The translations under genes and the position numbers were made by a program. Source: Octopus vulgaris (Eukaryota). From it: a stretch of DNA of 64,000 nucleotides. The first letter of the stretch is position 1. Each line of letters starts with the position of its first letter. Shown one piece after another: positions 52,976 to 64,000 of this stretch. The notes beneath the pieces were generated by a model, which did not search any database, had not been told where the DNA came from, and was given only the letters and a program-made list of their open reading frames with translations. The stretch lies in NCBI GenBank assembly GCA_951406725.2, contig OX597815.1, positions 6,510,001-6,574,000 on the forward strand, given 5' to 3'.

Positions 52976-53066
52976 CCTACGCTGATGAGAAAAGAAGTTG
53001 GGTAAGACATAATTATCTAATTCTTATGCTTTCCTAAAACTTAATTTCGAAACGTACGTCCGTAGG
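52976..53066 (+). ncRNA. Canonical type-I hammerhead ribozyme with a long stem II
   Basis: CCTACG-CTGATGA-GAAA..TTTC-GAAA-CGTACG-TC-CGTAGG; 6-bp stem I, palindromic ACGTACGT stem III, GUC site at 53058-53060. Confidence 0.9.
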
Positions 53067-53353
53067 TGACTTAAAATTGTATGATAGATTGCCGTCATTT
53101 CTTTCTCTCTTGCCTGTCTGTGTTTGCCTTTCAAGTGCTGTGGTTTTACTGAGATCTCCCTTTTAGTAGAAAGAATAGCTATAACTCTTTGACTGCTATT
53201 TCTAAATTCGGTGTGTGGTGAGGCAAATCGTTGCTAAACCCTTAATTACTTAGTATTACTTAAACTTTCCTCGAATGGGGCTTTTACATGCCGAAATCTA
53301 CTTGGTGAAATTAATGATTATTCCAAATTAATTAATTTCACCCTATATTATTA

Positions 53354-53391
<38 letters not shown>

Positions 53392-53576
53392 AAATAAGAA
53401 AATGGAAAAATACATCCAAACCAAATATCAATTACCAGATAATACCCAATCACATACTTTATTAAACCACCACATAATAAACTTTAAGGTGAAACATAAT
53501 ACTGTAGAACAAAACAGTGTACATAAAGGAGTGTGCGGGTTGCATTTACAACCCCTATCTCAATTTGTATATATAT

Positions 53577-53638
<62 letters not shown>

Positions 53639-53677
53639 GTCTCACCATTGTGGTCATTTGCATCTTCTGTCGTGGCT

Positions 53678-53842
53678 GTTCCAATTGGACGCTGAACCAC
53701 AACAGTTCACCAGAGGAACACTTTACTGCTTTATGTTACACAAATCATGAGCTTTCGATCGTTTCAAGCATTTGATCCGTGTAACATGATGCAATAAAGT
53801 GTTGTCCTAATGAACTGAGGTGATTCAGCATCCGACTGGAAC
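53678..53842. repeat. 70-bp ungapped imperfect inverted repeat with a 25-nt loop
   Basis: 53678-53747 vs 53773-53842, 54/70 identical by hand alignment. Confidence 0.87.
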
Positions 53843-53964
53843 CTCGCAGTACGAGCACACTTTTCGTCCCATCTATAAGGTAATTCACTTAATAAAACCA
53901 GTTTTCATATTTCTTTTGCATTCTCCTTTTTTCATATATATAATTGCCATTTTACTTATAACTA

Positions 53965-54143
53965 CACCTTTTCTGTTTTAAAACGCATAAAAAATTATTT
54001 TTGAGTGGTTTTTGAGGGACTGGAACGGATTAATTATATTTTAGTTAATTTCAATGAGGAAAATTGATTTGTAAAACGAGTAAATCGTAAAACGAGCTCA
54101 GTCATGGAACGAATTAAACTCGTACTGCCGAGATATCACTGTA
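53965..54143 (+). mobile_element. Tigger/pogo-like DNA transposon end
   Basis: GGAACGGATTAAT..GGAACGAATTAAACTCGTA..GAGATATCACTG-TA terminus pattern. Confidence 0.55.
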
Positions 54144-54150
54144 TTTGTGC

Positions 54151-54571
54151 ATATGGCGGCGAGCTGGCAGAAACGTTAGTACGCCGGGCGAAATGCTTAG
54201 CAGTATTTCGTCTGCCGTTACGTTCTGAGTTCAAATTCCGCCGAGGTCGACTTTGCCTTTCATCCTTTCGGGGTCGATAAATTAAGCACCAGTTTCGCAC
54301 TGGGGTCGATATAATCGACTTAATCCCTTTGTCTGTCCTTGTTTGTCCCCTGTATGTGTAGCCCCTTGTGGGTAGTAAAGAAACAGGTATTTCGTCTGCC
54401 GCTACATTCTGAGTTCAAATTCCCCCGAGGTCGACTTTGCCTTTCATCCTTTCGGGGTCGATAAATTAAGTACCAGTTACACACTGGGGTCGATGTAATT
54501 GACTTAATCCCTTTGTCTGTCCTTGTTTGTTTTCTCTGTGTTTAGCCCCTTGTGGACAGTAAAGAAATAGG
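54151..54571 (+). mobile_element. SINE family B with two tandem body units and a 17-bp TSD
   Basis: TATCACTGTATTTGTGC at 54134-54150 and 54572-54588. Confidence 0.93.
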
Positions 54572-55136
54572 TATCACTGTATTTGTGCGTCTACATAGAC
54601 AGACAGACAGGTACGTACATACATACATACATACATACATACATACATACATACATACATACATACATACATACATAATACATACATACATACATACATA
54701 CATAATACATACATACATACATACATACGTATGATATATAATAGATACATAACATGCATAATATGTATATATTAGAAATATATATTTAAAAAGCCCCTTC
54801 GTGATTATATAATTCTCTCTCATTTACTCGTGAAATATTATTGAAAAAACTAATTGTGGACAGACACTAGAATTATTCATAAACAAACCATGTGGATTGC
54901 CTAAGTAGCATTGTTCGATTTTTGCCTCTTTTAAGAGCATTGTTTGTGACGACAGCTGATAAGTGACGACGGCCTGAGTGATTACAAAACTTGTAGGACA
55001 ACTAAAGCAACGCCTAACAACCAGATTTAACACTTAGATATTACTTCCAACTCAACATCTGAGGTTTCCAGTTTTATAAGAGCCACTACAATGGTTCTGA
55101 GTGGACGGCGGCACACTGTAAAAGGCACTCAATAGA

Positions 55137-55200
<64 letters not shown>

Positions 55201-55207
55201 TTCATTG

Positions 55208-55324
55208 ATAAAGCTGCCAAAGACATCACAAAAACTGTTACTCAGAGTTTCAGGTTCCCGTTCGTCCGACGAACCGGAACGTGAAACTCTGAGTAACAGT
55301 TTTTGTGAGTCTTAGCAGCTTTAT
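55208..55324. mobile_element. Near-perfect palindrome whose axis sits on a hammerhead core, next to (TA)n
   Basis: Arms meet at TTCGTC-C-GACGAA; the right arm reads CCGACGA-AC cggaac GT-GAAA-CTCTGAG-TA-ACAGTTTTT. Confidence 0.78.
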
Positions 55325-55481
55325 TGATAAGGAATATTACGAACTGCTATCTTAAGAGGACGTAAACACACCAACACCGGTCGGGGCTCAAATATAAACA
55401 AACACCACAAACACACACACATACACACATACATACATACATACATACATACATACATACGTATGTAGGTATGTATGTATG

Positions 55482-55539
<58 letters not shown>

Positions 55540-56416
55540 TATACGACGGGCCTCTTTCAGTTTGCGTCTACCAAATCCATTCAGAAGGGCTTTAGTCGAA
55601 CCCAAAACCACTTGGTTGGGAAGCAAGCTTTGCACTATACAGCCACGCCTTATACTAAAGATTTCATCACAGCCAACCGAGAGTAATATGAAATTTCGCC
55701 ATTACAACGCAAAGTTCGGCTGAAGACAAAAATTTCTTCAGTTGTACAGGTCGCGGCATAAAAATCTCCCACATTCACCCTTCTTGGTAAGCATTTCAGC
55801 ATCAAACACCTGGTATATACTGGAACAAACCATGATCGTAATTGTGACAAAAACGGCAAAACATTGTCTACACGAAGATACCATTACCTTCTGCCTAACT
55901 TTTACAGCGATACAGTAATATTCGTATGAAATATGGGAGGTTGTTCTGCCACACCTTATATAAGTTACACATTGTGAAGCTTAATGGACGTTGAGTTTAA
56001 AACGCTACTCTTTTCTGTCTTCCATAGATACGATCAATGAAATATTACGTTCGCTCAATAAACGATCGTCTGGTTTTGTTATGTACTGGATTTTATTTTC
56101 TACTTGACACGATTAAGGCTCCATATGTTGTTAGGTCTCACATCAACATGATCGATACAACCTGTAAGACAGAACTAGGGAGCCTCTAATGTAGTCACTC
56201 GATCGGCATGAAATAGCAGCCAAATCTCACTCGAATCACAACCTACTGTCTTCAGAAAATAAACGTGGAAGATATATTATGTAGTCCTGGGTACATTGTG
56301 TCTGAAAGTTAGATATGAGGTAGTCACGGCAGGAAAGCCTTTGGCTTATGTCTGTGCGATCAGAGCTGACCTAGGTCTGTCTAACCAACAACAGTAAGCA
56401 GCAGCAGCAAAAAGTA

Positions 56417-56790
56417 GAGGCGCAATGGCCCAGTGGTTAAGGCAGCGGACTCGCGGTCGGAGGATAGCGGTTTCGATTCCCAGACCGGGCGTTGTGTGTG
56501 TTTATTGAGCGAAAACATCTAAAAGCTCCACGAGGCTCAGGCAGGGGGTGGTGGCGACCCCTGCTGTACTCTTTCGCTCCAACTTTCTCTCACTCTTTCT
56601 TCCTGTTTCTTGTCTCCGATTTCCTACGCAACCGTTGAGCCTGGATGCGCATTCATTCATCCATCTGTCGATGCTCTCGGTGTCGGGGGTTGACCTGCTT
56701 TCTCTTCTGCGGGTCTTACGAATAGCAAAGGACCACGTTTCGGACTTCTCCCATCTTGTGAGCTCTGGGACGAAGACCGCTTCGATCAAC
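56417..56790 (+). mobile_element. SINE with family C head and a different 3' half
   Basis: Matches family C to TTCTTCCTGTTTCT (about 56610), then unrelated sequence ending in (CAAA)n. Confidence 0.8.
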
Positions 56791-56837
56791 AAACAAACAA
56801 ACAAACAGCAACAACAACAACAGCTACAACAGCTATA

Positions 56838-57235
56838 GCTGTGTGGTTACGAGGCTTGCTTCCCAACCAAATGGTTCTGAAGTTCAATCTCATTGCGTGT
56901 TACCTTGGGCAAGTGTCTTCTATTATAGCCTCAAGCAGGCCAAAGCCTTGTGAGTGGATTTGGTAGACGGAAACTGAAAGAAGCCCGTCATGTGCGTGTG
57001 TGCATGTGTGAGTGTGTGTGTGTGCGTATGTGTGTGCGTGTGTGTATGCGTATGTGTGTGTGTGCGTGCATGTGTGTGTCTTTGCGTGTGTGTGTATATG
57101 TGTGTCTTTGCATGTATGTGTTTATATATGTCTTTGTGCCCCACTACCTCTTGACAACCGGTGCTGGTTTGTTTACGTCTCCGTAAGTTAGCGGTTCAGC
57201 AAGAAAAAACCGATAGAATTAGTACCAAGCTTTAA
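56838..57235 (+). mobile_element. SINE family A
   Basis: Family motifs, internal (TG)n. Confidence 0.85.
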
Positions 57236-58283
57236 AAAATAATGATAAATATTGCTAAAAGCAACGAACTGGCAGAGTCGTTAGCGCGTCGGCAAAAACG
57301 CTTGAAGGCATTTCTACTGGCCCTTTACGTTGTGAGTTCAAATTCTGCTGAGGTCGATTTTGCCTTTCATCCTTTCTGGACCCATAAAATAAGGACCAGT
57401 TGAGCAGAGTGGTTGATGCAATCGACTACCCGTTTCCCTCGAAACTGCTTACCTTAAAATTTGTAAGAATTAGAAAATTAGAAAGAGAATTTATTCCAAC
57501 TTTGACGTCCCCAACTTTGCTTTGTCCCCCAACTTGCTTTGTCCCCCACTCCAACTCCCCATGTCTCATCTTCTCTCTATTTCACGCAACTTATAACATA
57601 GCTAGGGGTGATTACGAGTGGAAAAGGGATGGATAAGGGATTACCATCTTTTGGATGGGCCGTATAAACCTGTATAAGCTGTATAGGTCCTGATGGCACT
57701 AAACCTAAGGACCACCCCGGGTGAAACACACCTTAGCTACGCAACTGCACAGCTACTGCATTAAATAATCTTTTCTCTTCCCATCAGGTATTATTTCTCC
57801 TCCTCCTCCTCTTCCTCCTTTCCCTCCTTCTTCTTGCCTCTCTATTCCAGAATTTTATTATCCGCCAACCTTCAAAAGTATCATCCGCTGAACCAGAAAG
57901 CAAATTCTTTGTAGTCTCTCAACTTGCTTAAAACGTATCAACCACAACTCCCCTCACAGTCACATACTTTATTGTCTTTACAAAGGGAAGGAAACGTTGA
58001 ATGATGTGTTTCTACGTACACTGTATCAGAATGAAAGATGGGATGGTCGTAGGTGGAACGCCTTTTATTATACAGAGTACAGCAAAACAAAATTCTCCCA
58101 CATTCACCATTGTTGATAAATGCTTCAACAACAAACACATAGAAGAGCGTTGTGGTCTGCATGGAGCATTGTCGTGCCGAAATACTCACTTGGAGAGCTG
58201 TTGCTACAAACACAAGTACCGGACTAAAACAGGGTCACTTCCCATCCGGCTATCCAAATGACACACATTTCTTAGACTTTTCT

Positions 58284-58319
58284 CTTCTGAAGATGGGTTT
58301 TTGCGTCCGAAATGTAAAG
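58284..58319 (+). ncRNA. Minimal hammerhead motif, partly decayed (relative at 5869-5904)
   Basis: CTT-CTGAAGA-t-GGGT ttttgc GTCC-GAAA-TG-TA-AAG. Confidence 0.6.
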
Positions 58320-58369
58320 GTTTTTAACTTTCATCTTTACATTGTTAGAAGCTTTCCTCATTTCCCTTT

Positions 58370-58757
58370 CTTTTACTCTTTTACTTGTTTCAGTCATTTG
58401 ACTGCGGCCATCCTGGAGCACCGCCTTTAGACGAGCAAATTGACCCCAGGACTTATTCTTTGTAAGCCTAGTACTTATTCTATCGGTCACTTTTGCCGAA
58501 CCGCTAAGTTACGGGGACGTAAACACACCAGCATCGGTTGTCAAGCGATGTTGGGGACAAACACACACACAAATATATATACACACACATACACATATAT
58601 ATACATATATACGACGGGCTTCTTTCAGTTTCCGTCTATCAAGTCCACTCACAAGGCTTTGGCCGACTCGAGGCTATAGCAGAAGACACTTGTCCAAGGT
58701 GACACGCAGAGGGACTGAACCTGGAAGCTACTTACCACACAGCCACTCCTACGCCTA
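58370..58757 (-). mobile_element. Full SINE family A
   Basis: Family motifs. Confidence 0.9.
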
Positions 58758-59305
58758 TAATTCATTATTCTAAACAAACATATAATATACACCGACCCAA
58801 ACCCTATTGATAACTTAAAAAATAAAAACGGCCAAATATTAGCTACACGATCACTCCATTATCACTTTGCTTAAGTAACATTTCAGCAAAGGTCGTTTAA
58901 AATATGAAAAGCCTCTCTGTCGCACCCTGAACGCCGTCTGCTTTGATGGGGATTTCTATAGAAAATGCACCGGTAACTTTCCTTTTTATTTGTATTTACT
59001 TGATTTCAAATGTTTCACGAAGTCAAACATATTGAGAAGCATCGTTGTAGAATGTGGCTTTCGGTTTCTGTAAATATTCCTTCTCACAACGATATCTCTG
59101 CGCTTATTATAATGACAACTAGCTGTGTGGAAAATGGCTCCTTCGGTGAGATAATCGACGCCATCTTTCACTTGTGCAAGATAAAACTGGTTCTCAGTAT
59201 GAAACCACAGAATCGGCGGCATTTCCTGGCTTCGGTTTAATTCTAAGGTAAATACGTATTTTAAGAAGATAAAGATTTCTTCTCTTTCACTTGTAGATAT
59301 TAATT

Positions 59306-59360
<55 letters not shown>

Positions 59361-59923
59361 TCTTCTTCTTCTTCTTCTTCTTCTTCTTCTTCTTCTTTTT
59401 CTTCTTCTTCTTCTTCTCCTCCCCCCTCTCTCTCTCTCTCTCTTTCTCCCACCCCCTCTCTAATCCTGACTAATCGGATTTATTTGAAACTACAACTGAA
59501 CACAAGTACACTTTATTTATCAGAGAAGAACTCTTCAGCATTACCTGCCCTCCTTCCACTACGCTAGAGTAGGAGGAGGAGGAGATGTGGTTATATTTCG
59601 TGTTGCTATGGTAATTAGCGACGGATGCAACTGGTTGACTTCGTAATGTTTGTCATCTGGAGAGGAAAGAACAACAAACAGTCGGTGGCGGCGGCGGCGG
59701 TGTTGTGTAGCTGGTCACAGACTCGAACACTCCTCATCATGTCTGTCTTTAATCGATGGCGTTCTACGTATGACCATCCCGTTTGTATATGTATATCTGG
59801 TCTATGTCATTTCATCTTGCTTCTATACAATAGAGTGTAATCTGAGGGAGAATTGGTTACTATCTCTAGCAGTCGAAACAACCATATAGGCTCTTCACGT
59901 TGTTGAATTAGCAAAGTCTGGAG

Positions 59924-60530
59924 CCATGGCCCTCAACAAGGGCCCACATCACATTTGGGGGTCCATATAAGGTTTTGCCCTTAAAATTTATCTGCAATAA
60001 ATTGGTCACAGTTCTACGAAGCACAAAATATTTTAACACAGGCGTGGCTGTGTGGTAAGAAGCTTGCCTCCCAACCACATGGTTCCGGGTTCAGTCCCAC
60101 TGCGTAGCACCTTGGGCAAAGTGTCTTCTACAGTAGCCTCGGACCGACCAAAGCCTTGTGAGTGGGTTTAGTAGACGGAAACTGAAAGAAGCCCGTCGTG
60201 TATATATATTTGTATGTGTATGCGTTTTTGTCTGTGTTTGTCCCCGACCACCACCACCATCGCTTGGCAACCGATGTTGGTGTGTTTATGACCTCGAAAG
60301 TAAGCGGACCGATAGAATAAATACTAGGCTTACAAAGAATAAGTCCTGGGTTCGATTTGTTCGACTAAAGGCGGTGCTCCAGCATGACCGAAGTCAAATG
60401 ACTGAAACTAGTAAAAGAATTAAAGAATACAATTTCTAATAATATTTAATTATAAAATACGTAAGAGGGTCGAGTAGAATAAAATAGGAATCATAGGGGT
60501 CCATAGCGGGGGAGTGGTTGAGAAGCACTG
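59924..60530. mobile_element. hAT (Charlie-like) MITE interrupted by SINE A (60040-60428)
   Basis: Termini CCATGGCCCTCAAC / GTTGAGAAGCACTG; 8-bp flanks GTCTGGAG and GTCTAGAG. Confidence 0.65.
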
Positions 60531-60643
60531 GTCTAGAGCATCGGACAATTTACAACACCTTGCAGTATCGAGGTCTGAGTTCAAACCCTGCCGAGACCAA
60601 CTTTGCCTTCTATTCTTTCAGGATCGATGTTAAAAGCACCATT

Positions 60644-61027
60644 AAGGCGGCGAACTGGCAGAATCGTTAGCACGCCGGGCCAAATGATAAGCGGTATTTC
60701 GTCTGCCGCTACGTTCTGAGTTCAAATTCCGCCGAGGTCGACTTTGCCTTTCATCCCTTCGGGGTCGATTAAATAAGTACCAGTTACACACTGGGCTCGA
60801 TGTGATCGACTTAATCCGTTTGTCTGTCTTTGTTTGTCCTCTCTGTGTTTAGTCCCTTGTGGGTAGTAAAGAAATAAGTATTTCGTCTGTCTTTACGTTC
60901 TGAGGTCGACTTTGCCTTTCATCCTTTCTGTGTCGATAAATGAAGTACCAATTGCGTACTGGGGTCGATCTAATCGACTGGGCCCTCCCCAAAAATTTCG
61001 GCCTTGTGCCTAAAGTAGAAAAGAATA
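60644..61027 (+). mobile_element. SINE family B (head-body-tail1-body-tail2) with a 14-bp TSD
   Basis: TTAAAAGCACCATT at 60630-60643 and 61028-61041. Confidence 0.92.
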
Positions 61028-61658
61028 TTAAAAGCACCATTCCAACTTAGTCGGTTGGTGGAATTGTAAGAGCACCAAACTGGATGCTTTGCGATATTTC
61101 TTCCAACTCTTTGTGTTCTGAGTTCGATTTCCGCCCAGGTGGACTTTACCTTCCTTACTTTCGGAAACGATTAAAAAAATGTTCCAATACTTGTTCGGTA
61201 TATTAGTGGACTGCCAGAATGTTGGATCGATGCTTTGCTATATTCCTTCCGGCTTTTCGCGTTCTGAGTTCAAATCCTACCATGGCCTACACGGTTGATA
61301 ACTTGGATCCATTTCCCGGTCAAGCACTACCACCTGACACCACTCTGTTCCAAACATTCGGACCAGGATTCTGGTTCAATAATATCTTCTTCCTTTCCCC
61401 CATCCTGCTCCTCTGCCGCAGGGGCCTTGTTAAGGAGCATGGGCCCTGCTTTCCCTCTTGACTAAAAAATTAAAATAAAAAATTAAAATAAAATATTTTA
61501 AATGTCGAAAGTGTAGTGTTTGGTGCAGGTGTTGGTGAGGTGGGGAAGGGGAGCATCGTTGGGGTGGTGGGAGGAAGCGAGGAGGAGGAGAAGGTGAAGT
61601 AAAGAGATAAGCGAAGGGAAGGGGAAGAGAGAGAGTGTGTGTGTGTGCGATGATTTAG

Positions 61659-62095
<437 letters not shown>

Positions 62096-62638
62096 AACAT
62101 ATGTACATAGGAACATAGACATATGTGTGTGGGTGGAAGAGCTAACATTGCAGACGAGTATATATCAATGTCATTCGGTACAGTTATGTTCCTGTGTCAC
62201 CAGGTATAGCGATGTATGTGTGTGTGTGTGTGTGTCTGAGTAGCTCTATGTTGTATGAGTATCATTCGGTACAGATATATATGAGCGAGACTAGATCTAT
62301 TTATGACTGCCACAACGTAAGGTTTGGGTGTCAGACCCTCTCTGCGGCACTTTGCGCAAATGTCGTCTGCTATAACATGGGGGCAACCAAAGCCTTGTGA
62401 GTGGATTTGGTAGGCAGAAACTGAAAGAAGCGGTGATGGTGGGGGGGGGGACAACCGGTGTAGGTTTGTTTAGGTCCTCTAAAACGTAGTGGTTCGATGA
62501 AAGAAACCGATAGAATAAGTACCAGAGAAATAAAATAAAAAATAAGTCCTGGGGTCGATTCGTTCTTTAAAACCCCTTCAAGGCGGTGCCCCAGCATGGA
62601 CCCAGTCCAGTGACTGAAACATGTAAAAGTTAAACAAT

Positions 62639-63049
62639 CATCATCATCATTGTTCGACGGTGGTGGAGACAATGGAATTTACCATGCTACGCCAGACTTC
62701 ACGGTCCATCATGGCATTACGGAGGTTCTGTTGCTGGATGCCTGTATCCCTGGAGATTACATCAGGGTAGGAGAGTGTGCGCCCTCTGGTATCGCGAGCA
62801 GATGGCTTCCAGAGGAGAAGAGGAGAAATTACCTCTTTTTCAGCTCTACAACAATGTCCAGCAAACTGGACTCTCCTACCTTTCACAAGAGATGATACAG
62901 GTGGTAGTTTCCCATATATTTGTACTTTGGTTGGATGACGCTTCCACGAGACATTTTGAGCTCTCATAAGGAGGCGAGTGTAGGTTCCATCCAACTGCCT
63001 CTTAAGCTTGTTTGATAATGTCCAGGTTTCTGAGCCATATAGTAGAATT
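62639..63049 (-). mobile_element. 5'-truncated RTE-clade LINE with a (TGA)n tail and 11-bp TSD
   Basis: LLYGSETWTL..LDGTYTRLL..SWKRHPT..RRVQFAGHCCR..AMMDREVWR open to the stop; AGTTAAACAAT at 62628-62638 and 63050-63060. Confidence 0.92.
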
Positions 63050-63566
63050 AGTTAAACAATAAAGATTAGTAAATACTCAGTGAAACTGTATACCAATATC
63101 TTTTTTATCTCTGATTCATTCACCACGGTGCACTTAATTGTGAACCATGTTACACTTATCACGGATTGATCTGTGTTAACACGGGTCGGCGGTCAGTCAA
63201 AGATTCCACTTGGACCTTATAAACGCACCCCATCAACCAACCACAATTCTCAGCTACCCAGAGTACACTAACTTATGTTTACATGACCATACAGCAAGGC
63301 TGCGTCTTTTTTTCTTATTTTTTTTTTCTTATACGAATTTAACATGGGACCAAGGAACAGAAACATTACGAAGGCACCAGATTCTAACAAAACGACGCGG
63401 ATGAGCGGCAAAGGTAAAAATGATCAACAAACTACGTGAAGGTGGAAGCTTCGTTGTCGCAGAACACCATTTTGGTGACGATGAATCTAATATTCTCTCC
63501 GTTTACTAAGTGCGTAGAGACGACTCATTCATCACTGCTTTTCGTTTTGTTTTTGACGTTAATAAA

Positions 63567-63599
<33 letters not shown>

Positions 63600-64000
63600 T
63601 AGACACAATCCAAGTTAACTACGATAACTCGTTCCCAAATATCATCTTACGCCCACCATACTTACATACCATAATCATTCGACGAGTAATTCTCCAGGCT
63701 CTCCCATAACAACTTAGCAAATTTATCATAACATATTCACGCAAAACAACGTACAAAGCAATAACTCTTTTACAAACTTCAAACGAGCCCAGTGGAACCA
63801 GTTCCACTAGGAAACCCAGATACTTCAGTACATTCAACAAAATAATTATAGACGTAATCAAAAGAATACATACATTTTATTCTACAAGGGAACATATAAA
63901 AATATATACGACTCCAATTACACATCAGAAAAAAGCAGCTTAATAAAAACCGAGCGGGGACAACCTCAAATGTAATACATGAAAACCACACACAGTAGAA

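Noticed and set aside
55780-55930. VYTGT..KTLSTRRYH, vaguely GIY-YIG-like
   Set aside because: Spacing is wrong and the other catalytic motifs are absent.
58986-59255. Possible exon ending in AAG/GTAAAT
   Set aside because: Only a donor-like site; the ORFs are short and uninformative.

Overview
Repeat-dominated, AT-rich eukaryotic (animal) DNA, probably intronic or intergenic; no host protein-coding gene can be supported. Most entries in the ORF track are translations of microsatellites. The repeat landscape (several very abundant tRNA-derived SINE families, dense (TA)/(CA)/(GATA)/(TAA) arrays) resembles an octopus/cephalopod genome, which is an inference. Recognisable elements: one 5'-truncated CR1-type LINE with an uninterrupted 504-aa RT ORF nested in a SINE; fragments of RTE, L1/Tx1 and R4/Dong LINEs; and several Tc1/mariner and hAT MITEs or remnants. 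The most striking signal is a set of about a dozen type-I hammerhead-ribozyme (HHR) motifs, mostly in short cassettes bounded by (TA)n and concentrated at 47.8-55.3 kb. Two have a fully canonical core with a long stem II (49702-49796 minus, 52976-53066 plus). Several lie in fold-back (inverted-repeat) structures, one of which encloses a Penelope-like GIY-YIG endonuclease domain (48401-49425). Together these suggest a microsatellite-targeting family of ribozyme-bearing Penelope-derived mini-elements. Coordinates were counted by hand and may be off by a few bases.
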